A DNA stretch of 63,023 bases, the filler included, from Octopus bimaculoides (Eukaryota), in assembly GCF_001194135.2 (NCBI RefSeq). It is 7 parts of 7 records of this genome, joined end to end, with 100 filler letters (N's around TTAATTAATTAA, not from the genome) between each part and the next. Parts side by side here need not be neighbours in the genome. Positions count along the whole stretch, not along the records: positions 1 to 2,362 come from NW_026389957.1; positions 2,463 to 3,865 come from NW_026421806.1; positions 3,966 to 6,326 come from NW_026312562.1; positions 6,427 to 34,651 come from NC_068983.1; 3 more parts are not named here. One strand, given 5' to 3'. The position numbers were made by a program, and so were the translations under genes. Each line of letters begins with the position of its first letter. The first letter of the stretch is position 1. Of the stretch, positions 1 through 10,552 are shown piece after piece. Under the pieces are notes generated by a model. The model was given only the letters and a program-made list of their open reading frames with translations, did not search any database and was not told where the DNA came from.

Positions 1-34
1 ATCTATCTATCTTTTCGCCTTGCTTCTTGACTAT

Positions 35-520
35 TCGTGGCGTGCAACATCAACTATGTAGCATATGTGGTGCACCTTGTCCACCACCACTTGATCCGGT
101 CTGTTATGCTGAAGCACCTGATCTGTTTGAATTAGGAAATCCCAGAGGATTTTGCTAGTCTCCAACTCTGCCACTCACTGCAATTTGTGCTCCTACCATG
201 TCTTGCCTCTCTCTAGCTCCCACTTTTCGCACAGTTTCCAATGTAGCACTTTCGCTACCTAGTCGTGTCGCCACAACTTGTAATGGTTTTGGGCAAGTCT
301 AGGGCATTCGTTCGTGAAATGGGCAATGGTTTCATCCACTCTATTGCAGACGCGGCACAGCGGAGACACTTGCTCATTCCTAAGGTTGACCCTCCAGTTC
401 GTGGCCAGAGCTTGGCCATGCGCTGCCAGCATAATGGTCTCGGTCTCTTTCTTTAGTTTTGCTCTTTTAGGATATTACCCACATCTTTATATCATTTCGA
501 AATTGACCAAGCATTTTATG
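35..520 (-). mobile_element. 3' fragment of an RLE-type (R4/Dong-like) non-LTR retrotransposon, with stops
   Basis: Minus-strand translation LKKETETIMLAAHGQALATNW..SPLCRVCNRVDETIAHFTNECPRLAQNHYKLWRHD*VAKVLHWKLCEKW..KILWDFLIQTDQVLQHNRPDQVVVDK..IVDVA gives a CCHC knuckle followed by a PD..D restriction-like endonuclease, typical of the R4/Dong group. Confidence 0.85.
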
Positions 521-672
521 ATATCTAGTCGAGTAGTTATCTGGTCATTACTGACCATTTCATATAATCTAGGACACAAATGATCGTCTTTTATAATTTA
601 TGACGGAAAAGAAATAATTATATATAATTAAAAAAAGACCCCCAGGAAACACTGTGATTCTATTATTTTCAG

Positions 673-790
673 GTAATTGCAGAAAAGGATCAGGTAATTG
701 AGAAACTGAAGAAACGAAATGAAGACATTTCCGTCAAGCTAGAAGAGAAGAAACGATTCTCTGGGAAACCATCTCAAATGCTCTTCAAAG
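673..790 (+). CDS. Candidate internal coding exon of an unidentified coiled-coil protein (VIAEKDQVIEKLKKRNEDISVKLEEKKRFSGKPSQMLFK)
   Basis: Acceptor tattattttcAG (671-672), donor AAG|GTaata (791). The 118-nt exon is open in phase 0 and E/K-rich. No partner exon was confirmed in the window. Confidence 0.55.
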
Positions 791-834
791 GTAATAGGAT
801 GTTACGTTAGTCTTAGACCTAAATTAGAAATCAC

Positions 835-878
835 CACCCCCATCATCATCATCGTCATCATCATCTTCATCATCATCG

Positions 879-913
<35 letters not shown>

Positions 914-958
914 GTCGTCGTCGTCATCATCATCATCATTATCGTCGTCGTCGTCGTC
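835..958. repeat. (CAT)n/(CGT)n trinucleotide microsatellite running into a gap
   Basis: Directly visible; source of the poly-M/D/T ORFs. Confidence 0.95.
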
Positions 959-2487
959 NNNNNNNNNNNNNNNNNNNNNNNNNNNNNNNNNNNNNNNNNN
1001 NNNNNNNNNNNNNNNNNNNNNNNNNNNNNNNNNNNNNNNNNNNNNNNNNNNNNNNNNNNNNNNNNNNNNNNNNNNNNNNNNNNNNNNNNNNNNNNNNNNN
1101 NNNNNNNNNNNNNNNNNNNNNNNNNNNNNNNNNNNNNNNNNNNNNNNNNNNNNNNNNNNNNNNNNNNNNNNNNNNNNNNNNNNNNNNNNNNNNNNNNNNN
1201 NNNNNNNNNNNNNNNNNNNNNNNNNNNNNNNNNNNNNNNNNNNNNNNNNNNNNNNNNNNNNNNNNNNNNNNNNNNNNNNNNNNNNNNNNNNNNNNNNNNN
1301 NNNNNNNNNNNNNNNNNNNNNNNNNNNNNNNNNNNNNNNNNNNNNNNNNNNNNNNNNNNNNNNNNNNNNNNNNNNNNNNNNNNNNNNNNNNNNNNNNNNN
1401 NNNNNNNNNNNNNNNNNNNNNNNNNNNNNNNNNNNNNNNNNNNNNNNNNNNNNNNNNNNNNNNNNNNNNNNNNNNNNNNNNNNNNNNNNNNNNNNNNNNN
1501 NNNNNNNNNNNNNNNNNNNNNNNNNNNNNNNNNNNNNNNNNNNNNNNNNNNNNNNNNNNNNNNNNNNNNNNNNNNNNNNNNNNNNNNNNNNNNNNNNNNN
1601 NNNNNNNNNNNNNNNNNNNNNNNNNNNNNNNNNNNNNNNNNNNNNNNNNNNNNNNNNNNNNNNNNNNNNNNNNNNNNNNNNNNNNNNNNNNNNNNNNNNN
1701 NNNNNNNNNNNNNNNNNNNNNNNNNNNNNNNNNNNNNNNNNNNNNNNNNNNNNNNNNNNNNNNNNNNNNNNNNNNNNNNNNNNNNNNNNNNNNNNNNNNN
1801 NNNNNNNNNNNNNNNNNNNNNNNNNNNNNNNNNNNNNNNNNNNNNNNNNNNNNNNNNNNNNNNNNNNNNNNNNNNNNNNNNNNNNNNNNNNNNNNNNNNN
1901 NNNNNNNNNNNNNNNNACAAGGATACACGTGTCTTTGGAGTACTTAACCATTTGCACCTTAATTCAAAGGTTGGAAGTTCGGTTGACCGAACTGAATACT
2001 CCTCGTCGAAATAGACGGAGAACCATCGATGTATGTATGTATGTATGTAACGGTATGAGAGGTAACCACATGACAGGCTGTGAAAGGGACCGTAAGTCGC
2101 TCCCTCCGTCCGTAGACTGAGGTGGCACTTTGGGCAAGTGCCAGCAGCCTTTAGCCTCTCGTGCCAGGGATACGGTGAAGACAAGGCTTGAAGTTATTGC
2201 AGCCAAGCGGAAGACCTGTACCGTCAGACAACATCTGGGCGTCAGCTAGCAAGTAAACTGCTCCAGCTAGGCAGCTTGATCGTCGACCGTGCTCGTTGCA
2301 CTCATGTACACCACTTGGTTCTTGGTATGGAGGCCCAGAGAGGCAATCTGGAGGGTGTGGGGNNNNNNNNNNNNNNNNNNNNNNNNNNNNNNNNNNNNNN
2401 NNNNNNTTAATTAATTAANNNNNNNNNNNNNNNNNNNNNNNNNNNNNNNNNNNNNNNNNNNNATGTATGTAAGTATGCTTGTATGTA

Positions 2488-3864
2488 TATTAGCTTGAGT
2501 AAAGAGTAAGCAATGTTTTGGACCATGAAGAACTTCTACCAGATTTTTGCAGAGTTTTGAATTATTTTAACACATTTTTTTGAAATTGTCTGATAATATA
2601 GATAGACTTACACAAAGGCATCAAAAATTAACAATTAAAGTGTTTCACCGTTGTTACAATCATCTGAAACGGAACTGTGAAAGCGCGATATTCGAGTAAT
2701 TTTGTTATTCAGCTTCAAAAAAGGACGTAAAGCAGATGAATCTGCNNNNNNNNNNTAATTTTGTTATTCAGCTTCAAAAAAGGACGTAAAGCAGATGAAT
2801 CTGCTCACAATATCAATGGAATGTTTGGTGAGGAAATGGCCAGTGAGTGGTCAACTCGANNNNNNNNNNTATCAATGGAATGTTTGGTGAGGAAATGGCC
2901 AGTGAGTGGTCAACTCGAAAATGCCTTAAACGATTTCGCAGTGGAGACCTGAGCCTTGAAGATCGTTAGCGTAGTGAACGCCCATCTGTCATCGATGATG
3001 GTCAACTAAAGACCGTCATTGAGAAAGATCCACGTAAAACCACTCGAGAACTGGAATGAGAAAAACTTGAAGTTAGCCAGAAAACTGTCTGCAACCATTT
3101 GTATGCGATCAAAAAATCAAAAACCTTCGACATCTCAGCACCACACGATTTGAATGGAAATCAGAAAATGTGCATATATAAAATTTGCTTGTGGCTTCCT
3201 CTCCATAGCCAGACCGTTCCTTTTCTCGACCGTATTGTAAAAGACGTTCTTCACAGTGGCTGGACCAAAATGAAACACAGTAAACCTTCACTAAACCCGA
3301 GCTCTTCAAAAAGAAAGTTATGGTGACTGTTTGGTGGTGTTTTGCNNNNNNNNNNCCGAGCTCTTCAAAAAGAAAGTTATGGTGACTGTTTGGTGGTGTT
3401 TTGCTGGACTAATCCACTATAACTACTTAAAACCCGGAAAACCCATTGCTGCAGATACATATTGCCATGAAATTNNNNNNNNNNCTTAAAACCCGGAAAA
3501 CCCATTGCTGCAGATACATATTGCCATGAAATTGCCAAAATGAACGAAAAACTGATACTCTTCCGTTCCAGACTGGTCAACAGAAGAGGGCCAATCTTTC
3601 TTCATGACAAAGCTTGACCATGTGTTTCACTAATGACGCTACAAAAGTTGAGGAAACTTAGCTACGAAGTTCTTTTCGATCCATCTTATTCCCCAGACCT
3701 TTCTCTTACTGACTACCTCTTTTTCAAGCACTTTGATGGTTTCCTGCGAGAGATGGAGTTCAAAAATCAAACCACTCCTGAAATTGTGTTCAACGAGTTC
3801 ATCAGCTTCAGAACACCAGATTTTTATGTTACTGGAATAAACAAACTTGTAACACGTTGGCAAA
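2488..3864 (+). mobile_element. Mariner (SETMAR/Hsmar-like) transposase pseudogene
   Basis: LLFSFKKGRKADESAHNING..FRSGDLSLEDR*RSERP..DPRKTTRELE; KVMVTVWW-like segment at about 3375; PSYSPDLSLTDYLFFKHFDGFLRE; PDFYVTGINKLVTRWQ. Possible TIR remnant tattagcttgag at about 2488. Stops, frameshifts and gap duplications present. Confidence 0.9.
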
Positions 3865-4264
3865 ANNNNNNNNNNNNNNNNNNNNNNNNNNNNNNNNNNN
3901 NNNNNNNNNTTAATTAATTAANNNNNNNNNNNNNNNNNNNNNNNNNNNNNNNNNNNNNNNNNNNNAGGCATGCTCTGACATGGAATAAATAAAAATTTAT
4001 ATAAGACATTCTACTGTAAAAATTGCCTGGCAACGACAGGCTTTTCAGCTCGTCTCATAGTTATCAACTCGCTTTAATGAAGAAAGCATTTCCTCACAGG
4101 AAGCAGATGTTGCAGGTATGGTCAGAATCAGACGTAGTAATTTCGTTACTTCGGCCAGAGCTTGCTTTAATACATATCCCCGTATTATACCAGCGACTTC
4201 TCCGTTGTTTGACTCCTCGGAAGAGAATGCAATATTAAGTTATATAGGATCATCCTGACTGTCA

Positions 4265-4335
4265 GCATCGGTGGTTCAGTGGTAGAATGCTCGCCTGCCA
4301 CGCGGGCGGCCCGGGTTCGATTCCCGGCCGATGCA
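4265..4335 (+). tRNA. tRNA-Gly-GCC: tRNA-Gly (anticodon GCC)
   Basis: 71 nt GCATCGGTGGTTCAGTGGTAGAATGCTCGCCTGCCACGCGGGCGGCCCGGGTTCGATTCCCGGCCGATGCA. Acceptor stem GCATCGG/CCGATGC, intact A and B boxes, anticodon loop CTGCCAC. Confidence 0.97.
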
Positions 4336-4342
4336 TTATGAA

Positions 4343-4348
4343 TTTTTT
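4343..4348 (+). terminator. Pol III oligo-T terminator of the tRNA gene
   Basis: T6 run 7 nt after the tRNA 3' end, with more T runs following. Confidence 0.7.
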
Positions 4349-4599
4349 ATTTCTTTTTTACTGTGCTAACTTTTAATGTCATACATTTTGAACATTTATC
4401 GAGAAGTCAACTTGATTTTAAATAAGAAGCTTGAAACAAGAAATCTGCAATCAAATATTGATTCACAGCATTTATACTGCGTCACTTGTGGTTCTCTGTC
4501 CGTGTGTCACGCATAGTTATTTGACCGACTACACCCTTTTTCAGTCATCAGAACGTGGTTATTCTGGGGTACCGCCTTGGATTATAACTGAACGAATCG

Positions 4600-4750
4600 A
4601 CCTCAGTACTTACTTTTTAAAGCCTGATACTTATTCTATTGTATTCTTTCGCTGAAACTCTAAGGTACGAGGACGTAAACACACAAACACCGGTTGTCAA
4701 CCGCTATTGGGGACAAACACAGAATCAAAGGTGCATGCGCACACACACAT
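4600..4750 (-). mobile_element. Partial tRNA-derived SINE (family A)
   Basis: Matches the tail of other copies (gatacttattctat..gaggacgtaaacac..ggttgtcaa..ggggacaaacacag). Confidence 0.6.
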
Positions 4751-5686
4751 ATATGTAAGTGTGTATATATATGAATATATATATATATATATATATATGA
4801 ATATATANNNNNNNNNNNNNNNNNNNNNNNNNNNNNNNNNNNNNNNNNNNNNNNNNNNNNNNNNNNNNNNNNNNNNNNNNNNNNNNNNNNNNNNNNNNNN
4901 NNNNNNNNNNNNNNNNNNNNNNNNNNNNNNNNNNNNNNNNNNNNNNNNNNNNNNNNNNNNNNNNNNNNNNNNNNNNNNNNNNNNNNNNNNNNNNNNNNNN
5001 NNNNNNNNNNNNNNNNNNNNNNNNNNNNNNNNNNNNNNNNNNNNNNNNNNNNNNNNNNNNNNNNNNNNNNNNNNNNNNNNNNNNNNNNNNNNNNNNNNNN
5101 NNNNNNNNNNNNNNNNNNNNNNNNNNNNNNNNNNNNNNNNNNNNNNNNNNNNNNNNNNNNNNNNNNNNNNNNNNNNNNNNNNNNNNNNNNNNNNNNNNNN
5201 NNNNNNNNNNNNNNNNNNNNNNNNNNNNNNNNNNNNNNNNNNNNNNNNNNNNNNNNNNNNNNNNNNNNNNNNNNNNNNNNNNNNNNNNNNNNNNNNNNNN
5301 NNNNNNNNNNNNNNNNNNNNNNNNNNNNNNNNNNNNNNNNNNNNNNNNNNNNNNNNNNNNNNNNNNNNNNNNNNNNNNNNNNNNNNNNNNNNNNNNNNNN
5401 NNNNNNNNNNNNNNNNNNNNNNNNNNNNNNNNNNNNNNNNNNNNNNNNNNNNNNNNNNNNNNNNNNNNNNNNNNNNNNNNNNNNNNNNNNNNNNNNNNNN
5501 NNNNNNNNNNNNNNNNNNNNNNNNNNNNNNNNNNNNNNNNNNNNNNNNNNNNNNNNNNNNNNNNNNNNNNNNNNNNNNNNNNNNNNNNNNNNNNNNNNNN
5601 NNNNNNNNNNNNNNNNNNNNNNNNNNNNNNNNNNNNNNNNNNNNNNNNNNNNNNNNNNNNNNNNNNNNNNNNNNNNNNNNNNNNNN

Positions 5687-5728
<42 letters not shown>

Positions 5729-5729
<1 letters not shown>

Positions 5730-6149
5730 AATAAATTGAGACAACAAAGCCAAAGCTGTGTGGAATTTTCAGGACATTTATAAGGAGCAAGTTAGTTTTA
5801 TAGCTGCTTCTGGGATATTAGGGATACCCCTTCATCAATGACGATGTGAGATAGTTAAATAGAGGGAAATAGTAGAGTTCAATATAAGGGGTTATATGGA
5901 AAAGGATGGAAATAAGAAGTATGAAAAGAAATAAGAGAATAAAAGTAAAAATAAAAATATATGTAGGATGTTATAGTTGTAGTTCTATTATGCAAGGAAA
6001 GCGGTGTATAGAAGCAGTAGAAATGCCTCTTGTCCATGGTATGTAAATTCCGATAGGAGTTCATAGAGAAACAGCTGTATGAATAACTTTCTATTTATAA
6101 ATGTCCTGAAAATTCCACACAGCCTTGGCTTTGTTGTCTCATTTTATTT
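5729..6149. repeat. Head-to-head inverted-repeat element (family B), likely Penelope pseudo-LTR remnant
   Basis: 5729-5782 (aaataaattgagacaacaaagccaaagctgtgtggaattttcaggacatttataa) is the reverse complement of 6095-6149. Same family as 50515-50819. Confidence 0.7.
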
Positions 6150-6426
6150 AACATATACATGCTCACACAAGACCCTCATTAGACTCGTCATTCGTATTAT
6201 TATTGAACCGAGAGTTTAACTACAGTCCTTCCATAATACCCAAACAGCCTTACCTGCCACCTGATTCTTCTGGATACCAATACCTTTCAATTATATACGT
6301 GTATATATATATATATATATATATATNNNNNNNNNNNNNNNNNNNNNNNNNNNNNNNNNNNNNNNNNNNNTTAATTAATTAANNNNNNNNNNNNNNNNNN
6401 NNNNNNNNNNNNNNNNNNNNNNNNNN

Positions 6427-7059
6427 ATGAAAAGAAAGAAATGGGTTGAGATGTCAGAAAAATCCAGTTCATTTTGGGATAGAGTGATTTTCTCAGATGA
6501 ATCCAGATTTGCATTATTTTCAGACAGTGGACGTGTTTGGGTCTGGAGGCTTCCCAATCAAGAATTTGATTTGAAACGACTCCAACCAACTGTGAAACAT
6601 GGTGGTATCTCTGTAATGGTATGGGGAGCTGTTACTAGCAATGAACGTTCTGAGCTGATTGAATGTGTTGGAACCATAAACTCTGAAAAATACAATTCAC
6701 ACAATGAAAAGTAATCAACAATGGCTGACTAAAAATGGGATCAAGAAGCTTCCTTGACCGAGCCAATCTCCTGACATGAACCCAGCTGAAAATCTTTGGA
6801 GCATACTGGATAGAGATATATGAAAAACTCAACAGAGACCAAAATCTAAAGATGAATTGTTTCAATTGTGTGAAAAGTGGGCAGAAATTCCACAAGAGTT
6901 CAATGCCAAAAAGAGTTTCTGAATTAAAAACTGTAAAGGGAATGTCAACTAAATACTAAAGTATGTAGTCCTACCTATTGTTTACATTTCAATTGTTCGC
7001 TTTGCATATTAAATGAAAGATTTTGAAAATTAAAAGTGTCTATTTACTTCCTGCATGTC

Positions 7060-7061
<2 letters not shown>
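6427..7061 (+). mobile_element. Tc1-like DD34E transposase, 3' half, degenerate
   Basis: [50 protein letters not shown]. Probable right TIR ending ..gcatgtctg at about 7061. Confidence 0.9.
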
Positions 7062-7101
<40 letters not shown>

Positions 7102-7243
7102 TACATGTATACATATATAGGAAAACTACTGAAACTAACCAGATAATGATTGTTGTGAGAGCATGAATGAAAATATTGCATAGTATCTTGGATGGAGTTA
7201 AGGATCTTTTAATGTAAGGCTCATCTAAAAGACACACTAATAA

Positions 7244-7463
7244 TCTTTTCTATTTACTACAGGCACAAGGCCTGAAATTTGGGGGCAGGGGTGAGTAAAT
7301 TGCATTGACCCCAGTGCTACACTGGTACTTATTTTATCGACCCTGAAATGATGAAAAGCAAAGTTGATCTTGGCACAATTTGAACTCAGAATGTAAAAGC
7401 CAGAAGAAAGAACACTAAGCATTTTTTCTCCAGCATGCTAATGATTCTGTTGGCTCATCACTT
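7244..7463 (-). mobile_element. SINE with Nin/Deu-like central domain (family C)
   Basis: On the minus strand: ttctgagttcaaatt..tttcatcatttcagggtcgataaaataagtaccagt. Homologous to 8361, 25020, 27704 and 40065. Confidence 0.75.
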
Positions 7464-7606
7464 TAAAATACACAATAATAATGATAAGGTTTTTGAATTT
7501 ATTATCTAGGTATCATACTTCTATTTCAATATTAAAAAAAAAGAGACATCATTAGGTTGGTAACAAGGAAGGAAAACTACCAAGAAACACAAACATATGT
7601 ACTTAC

Positions 7607-7787
7607 TGTCAAATACTGGTGAAACTTTTTGGTAGAATGCAAATAAGATATAAGCCAACGAAGGTAAATGAGCAAGTCATCTGTTTGTAACAACGTTGTA
7701 GATGTACTGGGTTTAGAAATGGCCTGCTTAGCAGCAGATAAACGCTGAGCCCTCATTACACAGTCATAGTATTCTTGAAATAAATGT
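7607..7787 (-). CDS. CCDC162: CCDC162-like coding exon 5 (HLFQEYYDCVMRAQRLSAAKQAISKPSTSTTLLQTDDLLIYLRWLISYLHSTKKFHQYLT)
   Basis: Acceptor ttattttcAG, donor GTAAGT. The 181-nt exon starts in phase 2, matching the exon at 23015-23139. Resembles recalled vertebrate CCDC162 QRARRLSVAR..EDLxIYxxWLVCHLHS. Confidence 0.85.
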
Positions 7788-8360
7788 CTGAAAATAACAG
7801 CAAATGTATGACGCAAATTAAACAATTCTTTATACAGAATTTAATCAATACAAATTCTATTAAAATAGTTACTACACAATCATTACTATCACTGCTACCA
7901 CTACAGTTATTACAACTGTTAAACTAAATTTATACAAAGAAATATTCAACTGGATCTTAGTTATAAAAATTTATCCTCTTTCCCATTTGTAATCTGGTGA
8001 TTTTCTTTTCAGTTAAGACATATTAAGCCCCACCCCACCCCCACTCACCCACCCACCCACACATTATTACCACTTATGATTACTTTTATTTGCCATGATC
8101 GCAGAGTTCACCGAATTAACTATCAGAGGAAACTTAACTTTAGGAAAGTGTAATGACAGTACAAGCATCAGATGAAGAACTTAAATGATCACTATATATC
8201 ATATGTGTTTGTGCAAGTGTATGTGTGTGAGTGTGTGTATGTATGTGTGTAAGAGTCTGTATATATACATACACATGTACATACAACTATACTAGTGATA
8301 ATGTATTTTCAGCATGAAGCTAAGTAACAAATGTAAGGCAGTTAGACACAACTAATATAA

Positions 8361-8573
8361 AGGTTTCAAATTTTGGCACAAGGCCAGCAATTTCAGAGAA
8401 GGGTGTGAGTTGATTACATTGACCACAGGTTGATTACATTGACCACAGTGCTCAACTGCTACTTATTTTATCAACCCCGAAAGGACGAAGCACAAAGTTG
8501 ACCTCAGTGGCATTTGAACTCAAAGCATTAAAACAGACAAAATGTTACTAAGTATTTTGCCCAACTCACCACC
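8361..8573 (-). mobile_element. Family C SINE with about 19-bp TSD
   Basis: TTAGACACAACTAATATAA at 8342-8360 and 8574-8592; Nin-like core. Confidence 0.85.
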
Positions 8574-8614
8574 TTAGACACAACTAATATAATAAATTAT
8601 GTATATCTTATTTC

Positions 8615-9395
8615 TTTCTTTTACTTGTTTCAGTCATCAGACTGCAGCCATGCAAATGTACCGATGGTAGTCCTTTTTTTAAGTCTGGTACTTACACTAT
8701 CAGTCTCTTTTGCTGAACACTAAGTTACAGGGACATAAACACATAACACCAGTTGTCAGATGGTGGTGCAAGACAAATACAGAAACACACACATGATGGG
8801 TTTAGTTTCCGTCAGCCAAACCAACTCACATGGTTTTGGTCAACTTGAGGTTATCATACAGAGGCTTCCGACATCAGATGTGTGGCACACTTGTGCACCA
8901 GTACAATGTCAATTGGATAGAGGAAGTGAGCTAATGTACAGCACATACATTTGATCACCATAAAGAAAATCATTTGTGCAGGTCATTTAGCAAAAACTGA
9001 ACAGTCATACGTCATCTTTGACAGGAGATTCCGTCATGTATAGATATATATACTAGTAGAGATACCTGGCCTTGCTTGGGATGAAAATGGCATAGTTTTT
9101 TTATTGTTTTACTTGTTTCAGTCATGTGACGGCAGCCATGTTGGAGCAGCACCATTGGTCAAATGAATCAACCACAGGATTTATTCTTTGTAAGCCTAGT
9201 ACTTATTCTATCAGTGTCTTTTACCAAACCGCTAAGTTATGGGAATGTAAACACAGCAATATAGGTTGTCAAGCAATGGTTGGGGTAGAAACACAGACAC
9301 ACACACAAATATACACATATATATATGACAGTCCTCTTTCAGTTTCTGTGTACAAAATCCACTTACAAGGCTTTGGTTGGCCTGAGACTCCACTT
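8615..9395 (-). mobile_element. Two partial family A SINE copies (about 8615-8830 and 9095-9395)
   Basis: Both begin ttacttgtttcagtca..gcagccatg and continue tacttattctatcag..aagtta..gtaaacac..gacaaa/agaaacac. Confidence 0.7.
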
Positions 9396-9929
9396 TTCAC
9401 TTCACTGTGTCCCTGCCATTTTTTCTTGCCCCTCCTTAATTTTTTTGTACCTCTGCCTCTACTTCTCTCTCTTCTCTTCCCACGTGACTGGTGTTCGGCC
9501 AAGCCTGACCTTTCTTTCTTGGGCGGCTGTTGAGCATGCAACATCGTTATTCCTCCCTGTGCCTGTGAAATCTTGTATCCCAGCTGTAAGGCCTTATTTC
9601 CATATACACCAGATTAATTTTATTTGTCCTTAGTCGAAAGACATCTGTCGCTATGTCCCGTCATTATTCCTACTGTATTTGTGTAACAGTGTTCGTTTTT
9701 TCCGTCCTTGTTTTTGTATACATTTGCTGCTNNNNNNNNNNTGCTCTTAGTTTAGTTCTTCATTGGGGCTGGCCAGATTGGAGCAATATCGAGAATAACC
9801 AGCCGAAATTGCAAAGATAGTCTGGATCTTGACTGAAGAGAGAAAACTCCAAATGACCTGTCCATGTTTTGTCCCTTTCTTGTATCACCTAACTGTCTTG
9901 ATGTTTTGCGTTCTTGTCCCATTCTGTAT

Positions 9930-9960
<31 letters not shown>

Positions 9961-10421
9961 CTATATCCATTCACACACACACACACATATATATATGTGT
10001 NNNNNNNNNNNNNNNNNNNNNNNNNNNNNNNNNNNNNNNNNNNNNNNNNNNNNNNNNNNNNNNNNNNNNNNNNNNNNNNNNNNNNNNNNNNNNNNNNNNN
10101 NNNNNNNNNNNNNNNNNNNNNNNNNNNNNNNNNNNNNNNNNNNNNNNNNNNNNNNNNNNNNNNNNNNNNNNNNNNNNNNNNNNNNNNNNNNNNNNNNNNN
10201 NNNNNNNNNNNNNNNNNNNNNNNNNNNNNNNNNNNNNNNNNNNNNNNNNNNNNNNNNNNNNNNNNNNNNNNNNNNNNNNNNNNNNNNNNNNNNNNNNNNN
10301 NNNNNNNNNNNNNNNNNNNNNNNNNNNNNNNNNNNNNNNNNNNNNNNNNNNNNNNNNNNNNNNNNNNNNNNNNNNNNNNNNNNNNNNNNNNNNNNNNNNN
10401 NNNNNNNNNNNNNNNNNNNNN

Positions 10422-10461
<40 letters not shown>

Positions 10462-10464
10462 AAA

Positions 10465-10552
10465 TCTTTATCAGGATTTATCAAGTAGTTAGCGTGAAAA
10501 ACCTCATAGGGGAAAACTTTATTAATTATTCCCTTTAAATATATTTATTTAT
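10465..10552 (-). mobile_element. Fragment of the hammerhead retroelement family
   Basis: tttatcaagtagttagcgtgaaaacctcataggggaaaa..aaatatatttatttatat matches 13397-13478 and 19424-19510. Confidence 0.75.

Noticed and set aside
802-2184. Long ORFs spanning N runs (also 4660-5790, 11145-12350, 20571-21399, 37672-39417, 53965-58898)
   Set aside because: Open only because N codons contain no stop.
1918-2362. GC-richer segment with a CORE-like ggcactttgggcaagtgcc motif
   Set aside because: Probably a repeat or LINE 5' region, but it could not be classified.
2407-2418. TTAATTAATTAA centred in 100-bp gaps (also 3910, 6371, 34696, 42680, 52798)
   Set aside because: Always flanked by 44 N on each side and gives stops in all six frames; an assembly placeholder, not biology.
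2699-3520. Short direct duplications either side of 10-N gaps (also about 51005, 53101, 59468, 60633, 60746)
   Set aside because: Unmerged contig overlaps, not tandem duplications.
9833-9863. CTGAAGA-GAG-AAAA-CTC-CAAAT-GACC-TGTC, a hammerhead-like trace
   Set aside because: GAAA is broken and no stem I pairing exists; possibly a decayed motif, but not supportable from one copy.
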